Assembly (NCBI GenBank): GCA_964618295.1
Contig: CAZTWV010000004.1
Span: 10,953-74,952 of the forward strand
Source: an uncultured Anaerolineales bacterium
GTDB lineage: Bacteria > Chloroflexota > Anaerolineae > Anaerolineales > UBA11858
Direction: 5' to 3'
Length of the DNA stretch: 64,000 nucleotides
Positions 28,737 to 37,475 of this stretch are shown piece by piece. A program made the position numbers and the translations under genes. Below the pieces are notes generated by a model. The model made no database searches, was not told the DNA's origin, and saw only the letters and a list, made by a program, of their open reading frames with translations. Every line of letters starts with the position of its first letter. Within the stretch, counting starts at the first letter, position 1.

Positions 28737-29351
28737 TTAAGCAATCACTAACTCTACACGTTCTCCTGTTTCAGGGTCATTTACCAGGATCTCAATTGGA
28801 TGCTCTTTGGAAATTGACTCATCCAGGGTCTTAATTAAGTCTTCCTCTTTTAGAAAGCTGTCGTTTGGAATCCAGCGGTTGACAATTCTCAGGATCCAAC
28901 CGGCAAACTGCAGTGGAATGGGGATTTGGAACCGGATTCTTTCAGGTTTTTCACCCTGCGGCTGTTCGATCTTGATCTGGAGCCAGGGGCCTGTTCTGCT
29001 CCTCCAACCAAGTATCAACACTGCCAGACCGAGTAAAAATGGAACCCAGGTAAGGAAAAAGAGAAAACCAAATCCTCGAGCGGACCAGGACCAGTACATC
29101 AGCCCACTACCCAGCACGACAACAGCTGCTCCGATGCTGGTTGGAATCAACCAGTAATCGTGAACATCCGAGTCACTGCTGGTTGATTGGATTTGATGCT
29201 CATCCTGATCGACTATTTCAGAGGAGGATTCTAAAATTGGTTTCGGAAGTGAACCCTCCAGCGCGTCCCTTAATATCCCGGCTTCTTGTTCAGTGATCGT
29301 TCCCTGACTGACCATGTCCTGGATTTGCTTAAGCTCCTGTTCTGTATTCAT
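28737..29351 (-). CDS. 2-TM membrane protein with N-terminal SHOCT-like helix
   Basis: N-terminus EQELKQIQDMVSQGTITEQEAGILRDAL, followed by two hydrophobic helices. Confidence 0.6.
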   Translation of the reverse strand: MNTEQELKQIQDMVSQGTITEQEAGILRDALEGSLPKPILESSSEIVDQDEHQIQSTSSDSDVHDYWLIPTSIGAAVVVLGSGLMYWSWSARGFGFLFFLTWVPFLLGLAVLILGWRSRTGPWLQIKIEQPQGEKPERIRFQIPIPLQFAGWILRIVNRWIPNDSFLKEEDLIKTLDESISKEHPIEILVNDPETGERVELVIA

Positions 29352-30577
29352 GATGGATCCTCATTTTCCAGAGCTGAAATCAACCCGGCTGCTTCCGCTG
29401 CAGATATTTTTTGGTCCTGAAGCATTTGCAGAATCATCAATCTTTCTTCCTGGTTTTGATTAGCTCTGCGGGAGGAACCAAATATAAACTCTTCGAGATT
29501 GAAATCCTGTTTTTTTTGTTGAAACTCCCGGGCTTTCATCTGGGCTCTCCTGATATTTTTTTGGAGTTTCTGTTCGGCCTGTTGGGCGGTTGCTTTCGCC
29601 TTGTCTGCGGCCAGGGTCCCTGCTTCTCTGATTTCTTCTTTGACCCTGGTGAGGTTTTCCTCGTTCAGGCCATATGCCTCAAGGGAGCTGGAAAGGTTCC
29701 CCAGGGTTTCTTGAAGTTCCTGATCGAGCGCAAACAGCTGAGCTTCAATTTGTTGAACCGTTTTTTGAGAAAAATCTTTGATAACCTGGTCCAGGTTATT
29801 TAAGTCCAGGGAGTCAGGGAAGTTTCTCCCTCGGGTTGTATCAGAAACCTTGATTGAACCTCCGGCAGAGATCTTTATCGCCGCACCATCAGCCCCGGTT
29901 TTGACTTGGTGTTGAGCGGCTTCTATTTTTTCTTTTTTACCGCCCAGATAGACATGGATTTCTCGGAAGCCGCTGCTCAGATCTGCTTTGATATCAGAAT
30001 CGGGAGGAAGGGTGATTGAAAGATTTCCTTCGGCTTTGAGCGAATAAAATTGCCAGGGGAGGGGGGAAAAAGAAGCAAATAGATCTCCTTCTGCCGTGGC
30101 ATCGATTCCCTGTCCAACCTGGTCCAGGATCAGATCTCCCGCACATTTTACAGCTGCCTGCCCGCTGATTTGTTCCGCGTGAAGATCGCCCTGGATTGAT
30201 TCAACCATCAGGTCCCCATCGACTCTGGAAACAGTTAGATTTCCATTGACCTGCTTGATAACCGGCTGGTGGACGTTCTCAAGGACCAGGTCTCCCACAG
30301 CATTGGATATGGAGAGGGATTGATGGTGGTCTTGTATGATCAGATCTCCACTTGCTTTTTCAATGGTAACTGGAAGGTCGTAGGGGATTTTGAGTGAGGT
30401 ATCAGAAGCAAAGGATAATCGGAGTTTCCTGTCCTTATCCTTCGCAGGCTCTCCAGCGGAGGACCCCAAAATCTGGATTTCCTGCTGACTCCAACCCCGA
30501 AGATTGAGATCACCCTCTGCTTTTTCAATTATTAATTCAGATTTCGGCTTGACCGGGATTTGATTTTTCGGCATCAA
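29348..30577 (-). CDS. DUF4097-like beta-helical repeat protein with coiled coil and C-terminal SHOCT-like helix
   Basis: Repeated xGDLxxxxV strands, as in the DUF4097 putative-adhesin fold (YvlB/LiaX relatives). C-terminal EERLMILQMLQDQKISAAEAAGLISAL. 4-nt overlaps on both sides. Confidence 0.7.
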   Translation of the reverse strand: MMPKNQIPVKPKSELIIEKAEGDLNLRGWSQQEIQILGSSAGEPAKDKDRKLRLSFASDTSLKIPYDLPVTIEKASGDLIIQDHHQSLSISNAVGDLVLENVHQPVIKQVNGNLTVSRVDGDLMVESIQGDLHAEQISGQAAVKCAGDLILDQVGQGIDATAEGDLFASFSPLPWQFYSLKAEGNLSITLPPDSDIKADLSSGFREIHVYLGGKKEKIEAAQHQVKTGADGAAIKISAGGSIKVSDTTRGRNFPDSLDLNNLDQVIKDFSQKTVQQIEAQLFALDQELQETLGNLSSSLEAYGLNEENLTRVKEEIREAGTLAADKAKATAQQAEQKLQKNIRRAQMKAREFQQKKQDFNLEEFIFGSSRRANQNQEERLMILQMLQDQKISAAEAAGLISALENEDPS

Positions 30578-30957
30578 GATCCCTCCCCGCTTTGATTCAA
30601 AAGTTGAATGGCTTCATCGGCCGAGATTTTTCCGGAATCAAGATCATCCAGAATTTGACTTCGTTTATCCTCCGGAAGACCTCCATCGCCGCCAGGTTCG
30701 TACCCCAGACTGCGGATGACTTCGTGCAAGCGGTTGCGGATAGTAGGGTAGGATAAACCGAGTTCTTTTTCCATGTGGGTAATTTTGCCTTCTAATCGGA
30801 CAAAGGTTTCCACAAAGTCCATTTGCTGGGAAGTGAGCTGTGAAAAATTCCGGGAGGAGAACCTGCCTTGAATATTTGTTCCGCAACTCCGGCAGCTGAG
30901 GCCGGTTACTACTACTTCCCCTCCGCAAATCGGGCACTGGGATGGTAGGGCGTGCAT
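30574..30957 (-). CDS. DUF2089-type zinc-ribbon + HTH protein with C-terminal SHOCT-like helix
   Basis: CPICGG...CRSCG zinc ribbon, then LTSQQMDFVETFVRLEGKITHMEKELGLSYPTIRNRL. C-terminal ILDDLDSGKISADEAIQLL. Confidence 0.7.
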   Translation of the reverse strand: MHALPSQCPICGGEVVVTGLSCRSCGTNIQGRFSSRNFSQLTSQQMDFVETFVRLEGKITHMEKELGLSYPTIRNRLHEVIRSLGYEPGGDGGLPEDKRSQILDDLDSGKISADEAIQLLNQSGEGS

Positions 30958-30959
30958 AA

Positions 30960-31175
30960 TTATCTCCTTATCTGGAATTCGGGTTGATGGTGAACGGGTG
31001 CCTGGTTGGACAGCAGCTTACCGCCAGCTGTGATCAAAAGTTTTCCAAACAGTACTTTGATTTCTGTGAATCGAGATTTATGGGCTTTAATTTCTGCGAT
31101 CATCCGCTGTTTCTCAGCCTCTGCCTCTCGCTCATGCTGCTGGCGAATGATATCTTCATATTCAATTCGAAACAT
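30960..31175 (-). CDS. Small hypothetical protein (71 aa), first gene of the operon
   Basis: Charged helix plus one hydrophobic segment. GGGAGAA RBS. 2-nt gap to the next gene. Confidence 0.5.
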   Translation of the reverse strand: MFRIEYEDIIRQQHEREAEAEKQRMIAEIKAHKSRFTEIKVLFGKLLITAGGKLLSNQAPVHHQPEFQIRR

Positions 31176-31209
31176 TGTGTTCTCCCTTTGTTTTCTTGAG
31201 AATAATCAC

Positions 31210-31237
31210 AGTATATCAAAAAAATCAAATATGTCAA
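31210..31237 (-). promoter_or_regulatory. Putative sigma70-type promoter of the DUF2089/DUF4097 operon
   Basis: On the minus strand: -35 TTGACA (31237-31232), 16-nt spacer, -10 TATACT (31215-31210). Confidence 0.55.
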
Positions 31238-31318
31238 GCAAAAATATCAATAAAATTAAACTTTGTATTGAAAAAATTGATATTATGGCGTGAATATTGC
31301 TGTTCGGGGTGGGTTAAA

Positions 31319-31341
31319 CCAAAAAACCCGGCAGAGCCGGG
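31319..31341 (-). terminator. Rho-independent terminator after the M23 triple operon
   Basis: On the minus strand: CCCGGC-TCT-GCCGGG followed by T8. Confidence 0.7.
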
Positions 31342-31363
31342 TATGAAAGCAGCTCTGGGTGCT

Positions 31364-32866
31364 TTATTTATCGATATCGAGGGAAGAGATCAGGCTCTTT
31401 TCTTCAGCGTCTATGCTGGCAATTACGATCTCGGTAAAACGGGTCATTCCTCCAGCGTATTCAGTATCTCCCGCTTCAGGAATCCAATTGTCCATCTTGA
31501 AAGGGATCACACCGGAGGCCGGAATCCACTCCCCGTTATATTTCCTGGCAATATGAACGTGGGAGCCAGTGCTCTCCCCCCCCTCACAGGATGGATGTCC
31601 GACAGGATCGCCAGCCTGGAGAAAATCCCCTTCCTGAACCCGTCCATTGCTGCTGAGGTGGAGATAAAATATGACCCATCCTGTTCTGGGGTCACCGTCA
31701 CCATCCAGGTCCAGTTCAACCATCCCCGGTTTGGAAGTGGCAACCAGACCCGGAGCGACAGCGACTGTCCATTCTGGAGTTGGTTCACAACCGCCCACTG
31801 CACTGGGGGGAGCAAAATCAAGCGCTGCCCAGGGGTCCCCGGAACCCCAGGCTGTATGGGGCCCGCCGGTCAGAGCCCAGGTTTTTTTCTGGTCGAAAGG
31901 GAGCTGCATTTCAGGCTGCCGCAGACTGCCTGGTAGATGAGTCTGATAGGACCAGGGGTCTTCAAATAGGTTTTGATAAGTTTGAATTAATCCCTCAGGA
32001 CCAACTGCTTGATTGAATTCTTCGATGGCATATAACTGCGAGAAGTAATAATGGAGAGCCACTGTGGCGCTGTTCTGCCAGGGATCGGGGTGCTGGATTG
32101 TCTGATCGAAAAATTCAATCGTATCCAGATGGCTGGTTTGCCAGCCGTAATACCCTTGATTAAGAGTATTAGTAGCCCACACAAGCTGAATGTAAAGGCC
32201 GTGATAGCCATTTTCTTCATATCCCAGCGGATAATCATCGATATCTGCGGGAGGTTCCGGGTTGGTCAGGGCCTGGGTCTGAAACTCCAGCAAGGCAAGC
32301 AGAAGTCTGGGGCTTAGACTGAACCGGTTAGCTATGTATTCAACAATTTCAGCCCCACTCCGGGTTTCTTCCGCAGCATATTGCTGATGGTTTTTCAACC
32401 AGCCCGGATTTTGATTTACAAATGCAATTGTGTCAAAACCCTGCTGGGCAGGACCATTCACAAAGGCACTATTGGGGAGGATTTGGTAGGCAGTGCCCCA
32501 GAGGGATTCGTAATAAATTGGGATTTGCATTGGGAATCCCGGAGGCATAGTGGTGGCATCAAGCGGGATGATTGGGTTCGCAGCGAGGATTTCCTCCACC
32601 GATGTGTTAAAACGGCTGGCAAGATTGATCAGGGTATCCCCGTTTTGTGCTGTGTATGGAACCAGTTGACCGGGTTCGTAGAGAGGTCGATCCGGGACTG
32701 GTGTGGGGGAAACCGCTGGAGTAAGAGTGGGAGGAAGTTGCGTAGGAGCGGGAAGTTCTGAAACCATCGGCTGACATCCAGTGATAAGTAATGTCAGCAG
32801 CAGGAAAGCTGTCCAGAACGCCCGAGATACGCTGCGCCTTTGGTTTGGAATGTTCATGACGGGCAT
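31364..32866 (-). CDS. LysM + M23-family (LasA-like spacing) peptidase lipoprotein, paralog 3
   Basis: Lipobox LLITGC. LysM (YTAQNGDTLINLASRFNTSVEEILAANP). GGPH-x12-D, and GSHVHIARKYNGEW (HxH). Confidence 0.8.
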   Translation of the reverse strand: MPVMNIPNQRRSVSRAFWTAFLLLTLLITGCQPMVSELPAPTQLPPTLTPAVSPTPVPDRPLYEPGQLVPYTAQNGDTLINLASRFNTSVEEILAANPIIPLDATTMPPGFPMQIPIYYESLWGTAYQILPNSAFVNGPAQQGFDTIAFVNQNPGWLKNHQQYAAEETRSGAEIVEYIANRFSLSPRLLLALLEFQTQALTNPEPPADIDDYPLGYEENGYHGLYIQLVWATNTLNQGYYGWQTSHLDTIEFFDQTIQHPDPWQNSATVALHYYFSQLYAIEEFNQAVGPEGLIQTYQNLFEDPWSYQTHLPGSLRQPEMQLPFDQKKTWALTGGPHTAWGSGDPWAALDFAPPSAVGGCEPTPEWTVAVAPGLVATSKPGMVELDLDGDGDPRTGWVIFYLHLSSNGRVQEGDFLQAGDPVGHPSCEGGESTGSHVHIARKYNGEWIPASGVIPFKMDNWIPEAGDTEYAGGMTRFTEIVIASIDAEEKSLISSLDIDK

Positions 32867-32869
32867 ATT

Positions 32870-34465
32870 TTACCGCGAAATTTGACTTCCGGGAGCGCTG
32901 AATGAGCTGGCATTAATCGTGGTCCCATCTTTTGTCAGCGTTCCTGCATAAGGTTTTCCTCCATTATGCGCGGTCCATCCGCTGAGTACAAAAGCGATCG
33001 GCCCATTGGCTGCCATCCACTCACCATTGTATTTTCTTGCCATATGGACGTGCGTTCCGGTAGCAATTCCCCCTTCACAGGATGGGTGTCCCAGTTTATC
33101 GCCGGGTTGAACCCAGTCACCTTCTTCTACCCGCATCCCGTTTTCCGCGATGTGCAGATACAGCAGCACCCAGCCAGTTCGGGTGTCACCATCCCCATCC
33201 AGATCCAATTCCACAATCGCATTTTCTGCCTTAATCACCAGGCCCGGAGCTGAAGCTGTAACGTAGGCATAAGACTGGGTGCAGCCGCCGGAAAAACCGG
33301 AGGGGGCAAAATCAATTGCGGACCAGGATCCTTCTCCTTCCCAGGCCCCATGAGGGCCACCGGTGTAGTTCCAGACTGTTCCAGGTGTAAAGGGGAGGAT
33401 CATTTCCGGTTGATTCAGATCGTAAGAGAATAAGGGCTCATATTCCTGCCTGTTGGCAGGACTTCCGAACATCGAGCGGTAGGTAGCTAGGAAACCGGCA
33501 TTTTCATCCAGGGCCAGGATCCAATCTTCGCTCTCATAATGCCTGGAAAAGTAATACTGAAGGGCAACTGTCCCTGCATTTAAGGTCGGATCAATCCTGG
33601 CCGTGACACTTTCTGAGCTGCGGTCATCTCCCAGGTAGATTTCTGTCAAACGTCCTTCCCGCCATCCGTAATAGCCGATCGAGAGCTGATTGACTGCCCA
33701 GCGCAGCTGGTTGACAAGACCTTCATCCTCAAATTTAATATGTCCCATCGGATATTTCAACTCGGCTAGATTCTGGGGTTCTCCGAATACCCAATGGCTT
33801 TCATATTCCAGCAGGGCGAGCAGTAAATAGGGATTGATCGAGTTGTTTTCTGCGATTTGGAGGACAATTTCCGCCCCGCTGGTCAGCATACTGTGATCAT
33901 ACTCGCGAGGCCGGCTCAGATATCCCCCGGCTTCTTCCACAAAAGCGATCAGATCTTTTGGGAAGTCGGAATCACTTACAGCGCGGGAGTTTACAAATTC
34001 ACTGTCCGGGAGCAGGTGAACCCCGGAAGTTGTATTGATCAGGACCTGGGGAATCACCAGCTGGGTGCCGGGATTGATAAAAGAATTTTCTGGCAAGGTG
34101 CCTTCAAACTTGATCTGGTCTTTTCTGACCCCAAAATGGGTTGCAACTACATCCAGGGTATCCCCGGCCTGGGTCTGATAAACGATTGGCTCCAGCTCAA
34201 CATCCGGAGTTGGTACCAATGTTTCTGTAGGTTGAGGAACCGGACTTGCGGCTTGAATAGGAGGTGAAGTGGGTTCTACTTCAACCTCGGTTGTTTCAGG
34301 GATGTATGCTGATACTGCCGTAGGAGTTTTCGGGTCTGCCGCTGTAGGTGTATGCCCGATGGGCGGGACGAATATAGGCGGTTCAGAATACACCAGGCTG
34401 CATCCGGACGCAGCCAGGGTCAGAACGATCAAAAGGAGTTGACGGCAGCGAATTTCCATAATCAA
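32870..34465 (-). CDS. LysM + M23-family peptidase lipoprotein, paralog 2
   Basis: Lipobox LAASGC. LysM (YQTQAGDTLDVVATHFGV). GGPH-x12-D, and GTHVHMARKYNGEW. Confidence 0.8.
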   Translation of the reverse strand: MIMEIRCRQLLLIVLTLAASGCSLVYSEPPIFVPPIGHTPTAADPKTPTAVSAYIPETTEVEVEPTSPPIQAASPVPQPTETLVPTPDVELEPIVYQTQAGDTLDVVATHFGVRKDQIKFEGTLPENSFINPGTQLVIPQVLINTTSGVHLLPDSEFVNSRAVSDSDFPKDLIAFVEEAGGYLSRPREYDHSMLTSGAEIVLQIAENNSINPYLLLALLEYESHWVFGEPQNLAELKYPMGHIKFEDEGLVNQLRWAVNQLSIGYYGWREGRLTEIYLGDDRSSESVTARIDPTLNAGTVALQYYFSRHYESEDWILALDENAGFLATYRSMFGSPANRQEYEPLFSYDLNQPEMILPFTPGTVWNYTGGPHGAWEGEGSWSAIDFAPSGFSGGCTQSYAYVTASAPGLVIKAENAIVELDLDGDGDTRTGWVLLYLHIAENGMRVEEGDWVQPGDKLGHPSCEGGIATGTHVHMARKYNGEWMAANGPIAFVLSGWTAHNGGKPYAGTLTKDGTTINASSFSAPGSQISR

Positions 34466-35970
34466 CGTCTAATTAAATTGATATCAGTTTTGTGATCTTC
34501 AGCCTGGAGGTAGCTGTCTCCCCTGACCAGGTAACCTTGATACTCGACCCCGGAGCTTCCTGAGATCCACCCTTCGAGATTGAAGGGTGGAGTTTGGTCT
34601 GCTGGAATCCACTCTCCATTATAGCGCCGTGCCAGATGGAGATGGGTGCCCGAAGATACACCACCCTCGCAGGATGGATGTCCAATTCGATCTCCTGCCT
34701 TGAGGTAGGTTCCATTCTCAACCCGGTCCCGATTCTCGACATGCATGTAAAGTAAAGACCAACCAGTTTGGAGATAAGGGTCCCCATCCAGGCTTTGAAC
34801 AACCGCCCCGTGATCAGAACGAACAACCAGGCCATCCGCGGCGGCAACGATCCATTGATTGCTCAGTGTGCATCCCTGGCTTTCCATCATCGGGGCAAAA
34901 TCCAGCGCTGCCCAGGCGGAACCATTTCCCCAACCTCCGTGCGGCCCGCCAGTATAAGCCCAGGTTGTTCCAGGTTCAAAGGGAAGCTGCAGGTCCGGCT
35001 GCTGCAGAGATTCGGGGATCAGCGGACTGTAGGTGAAGTCAAAGGGATAGCCGAAAAGCCGCTGGTACGTAGCGGCCAGGCCTGATTCATTTACTGTGGT
35101 CAGCCAATCTTCATACCGGTACAGGTTAGAAAAGAGGTTTTGAACCCCGGCTGTACCAGCATTGATAGTTTTATCTATAGGTACCGTGGTTCCGTCTTTC
35201 AGAGTCCAGCTGCCCACACCTTTTACTTTCCACAAGTAATAACCCCGGTTTAGTTCATTTGCCGCCCAGGAAAGCTGCTGATAGAGACCTTCGTAACCTG
35301 CTTCCCGGAAACCCAGCGGGTAGTCCGAATTTTCGCCAGCCTGTTTTTTGCTCAGCCATTGAGATTGATATTCAATCACTGCCAGCAGCAAGCGGGGATT
35401 AACAGAATAGTCGAGAGCAACTCTTTCCACAATCTGAGCCCCGGTTAACAGTTCTTGATTGACCGATTCCTGATAATTGTTCAAATATCCATCCTGGTTG
35501 CTCACAAAGGAATCTGATGTAAAACGAACAGTATAGGGGCTTAACACAAGTTCAGAATCGGGAAGAATTTTATAGGCGGGTCCTGGAGGGCTGACCTCCG
35601 GAGCTGGTAAAAGGAGAGGTTGCCCGACATAAATCAAATTGGGATTGGTAATTTCATTCACCTGAATAATAGTTTCAGGCAGAAGCTGGTATCGGAAGGC
35701 GATGGTTTTTAGTGTGTCTCCTGGTTGAACATAATAGGTAATATCTTCGGTTCTGAGGGTAGGGAGCGGTTTGGGTTGGTTGGGCGTTGGGGTAAAGATA
35801 GGTTGATCTGGCTCGCGGGTGGGGGGAAGATACGGGTCAGTTGTAGGGGTCTGGATTGGGTTTTGATACTCTTTAGAGAAGTTAATATACGGTGCTGTGT
35901 GCGCAGACCGCGTACAGGCACTGATCAGAGTGGCTAAGAATACGATGAAATGCAGTTTTGTCCTACCCAT
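34462..35970 (-). CDS. LysM + M23-family peptidase lipoprotein, paralog 1
   Basis: Lipobox LISAC. LysM (YYVQPGDTLKTIAFRYQL). GGPH-x12-D, and GTHLHLARRYNGEW. 4-nt overlap with the next gene. Confidence 0.8.
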   Translation of the reverse strand: MGRTKLHFIVFLATLISACTRSAHTAPYINFSKEYQNPIQTPTTDPYLPPTREPDQPIFTPTPNQPKPLPTLRTEDITYYVQPGDTLKTIAFRYQLLPETIIQVNEITNPNLIYVGQPLLLPAPEVSPPGPAYKILPDSELVLSPYTVRFTSDSFVSNQDGYLNNYQESVNQELLTGAQIVERVALDYSVNPRLLLAVIEYQSQWLSKKQAGENSDYPLGFREAGYEGLYQQLSWAANELNRGYYLWKVKGVGSWTLKDGTTVPIDKTINAGTAGVQNLFSNLYRYEDWLTTVNESGLAATYQRLFGYPFDFTYSPLIPESLQQPDLQLPFEPGTTWAYTGGPHGGWGNGSAWAALDFAPMMESQGCTLSNQWIVAAADGLVVRSDHGAVVQSLDGDPYLQTGWSLLYMHVENRDRVENGTYLKAGDRIGHPSCEGGVSSGTHLHLARRYNGEWIPADQTPPFNLEGWISGSSGVEYQGYLVRGDSYLQAEDHKTDINLIRR

Positions 35971-36138
35971 AATCCAGTTAGAATTGTACCTTGAAGTAGT
36001 TGGACTGTCGAAAAGACGTGTTTAATTAAGGATTGCAAGATAAGTGCCATTTGTTTTAGATTCCATTCTGAAATGATCAGACAGGGGATGATACGGTATA
36101 CTTATCATGCTTTAATAATCAGAAAGGAAGGACATGGA

Positions 36139-36594
36139 ATGGGTTCATATATATTTTACGCTGTGCTGGCAGGTGTAGCCTGGGGTGTAGGAGGGTTTTT
36201 TGAAAAGGCAGGTTTACAGGCACTAAAATTACCTCCAATTGCAGGGATCACAATCCGGACTGTGATTGCTCTGGTAATTCTCGGAACGCTTTCCATCCCA
36301 GCCTGGAAGTCGATCGAAAATCCCGGCAATATCAAAGCCTGGATAATGATTGCTGTGGGCGGCGGGATTATTGCCGGCAGTTTGGGTATGTGGAGTTTTT
36401 ACTCATCTCTTTCTCTAACCGAAAACCTCGGGGTCACCCTGGCAATTGCTTTTGCTTTTTCCCCGATTGCAGGAACAGTCGTGGGTTTAATCAATGGATC
36501 TCAGGAAATTGATCTGAAAATTGGCCTCGGGTTGGTGGCAATCATTCTCGGGATTGTCTTAATCCAGCTTTCTCACCGGCCAGCAGCTCATTAA
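36139..36594 (+). CDS. Single-EamA-domain (DMT superfamily-like) small membrane protein
   Basis: ATG 36139 follows GAAAGGAAGG. About five hydrophobic helices in 151 aa. The family assignment is tentative. Confidence 0.5.
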   Translation: MGSYIFYAVLAGVAWGVGGFFEKAGLQALKLPPIAGITIRTVIALVILGTLSIPAWKSIENPGNIKAWIMIAVGGGIIAGSLGMWSFYSSLSLTENLGVTLAIAFAFSPIAGTVVGLINGSQEIDLKIGLGLVAIILGIVLIQLSHRPAAH

Positions 36595-36681
36595 TTTTCT
36601 GAGATGAAGCGGTGATAGATCTTGAAAAAATTCAGGAAAGATTTCCCAAGCACAGTTCGGTCCCGGGAAAGGCGATAAAGT

Positions 36682-37410
36682 ATGAAGGTATTAGTTATAT
36701 CTGATATTCATGGAAATCGAACCGCTCTGGAAGCAGTTCTAGAGGTGGCTGGTGATTATGATGCAGTCTGGTGCCTGGGGGATTTAGTCGGTTACGGTCC
36801 AGATCCAAATGATTGTGTGGCAATTATTCGGGAGTTGCCCCATTTAATATGCCTGCGGGGGAATCATGACAGCGCCGTTGTAGGTCTGACAGAATTAGGG
36901 AAATTTAATATTGCGGCCCAGGAGCTGCTGCTGTGGACGAAGGACCAGCTCAACCCAATCCATTATCATTTCATTAAAGAGCTTGAACCGTATCGGGAGC
37001 TGGATCATGCCACCCTTGCTCACGGCAGCCCCCGGAATCCAATCTGGGAATACATTATGGATGTTTATACGGCAACAGCAAATTTCGCTTATTTCTCAAC
37101 CCCCTTATGCTTTGTGGGCCATTCCCATTTACCGGTGATCTATACCCTGTCGAATGGGATTGACCGGGCAGAAGTCAAGTTTTGTAAGGATGGGGATACT
37201 ACATCCCTGCCAGAATTGTCGATTGCAAACCCGGGATCTGTGGGTCAGCCCAGGGATCATGATCCGCGGGCTGCTTTTGCAATTTTTAATACAGAGGACT
37301 CAACCTGGACTCAACATCGAGTTCAATATGATATCCAGGCTGTTCAAGAAAGAATGTCCTTAGCTGAAATGCCGGTGGAGTATATTCACCGCCTGGATCT
37401 CGGCTGGTAA
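36682..37410 (+). CDS. Metallophosphoesterase (YfcE/calcineurin-like)
   Basis: Motifs VISDIHGN, GDLVGYGPDPN, GNHD and GH... Confidence 0.8.
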   Translation: MKVLVISDIHGNRTALEAVLEVAGDYDAVWCLGDLVGYGPDPNDCVAIIRELPHLICLRGNHDSAVVGLTELGKFNIAAQELLLWTKDQLNPIHYHFIKELEPYRELDHATLAHGSPRNPIWEYIMDVYTATANFAYFSTPLCFVGHSHLPVIYTLSNGIDRAEVKFCKDGDTTSLPELSIANPGSVGQPRDHDPRAAFAIFNTEDSTWTQHRVQYDIQAVQERMSLAEMPVEYIHRLDLGW

Positions 37411-37475
37411 GGGAACCTTTCTGATAATTATTACGTCCTGTAAGAAACAGCAATCTATTAATAGGAGAAAATGAG

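Noticed and set aside
31175-31936. 253-aa plus-strand ORF, and similar long antisense ORFs listed in the track (for example 33857-34267 and 24979-25566)
   Set aside because: They lie entirely antisense to well-supported conserved genes (the M23 peptidase and the surface protein). They have no RBS and a low-complexity, Arg/Gly/Pro-skewed composition. These are typical shadow ORFs.
31364-35970. Apparent loss of the first zinc-ligand His (Trp at the HxxxD position, W-A-A-L-D) in all three M23 paralogs, which would suggest inactive LytM-like factors
   Set aside because: All three keep a conserved GGPH exactly 13 residues upstream of the Asp, together with the HxH motif. This matches the H-x12-D arrangement I recall for the LasA/beta-lytic (M23A) branch, so degeneration is not supported.
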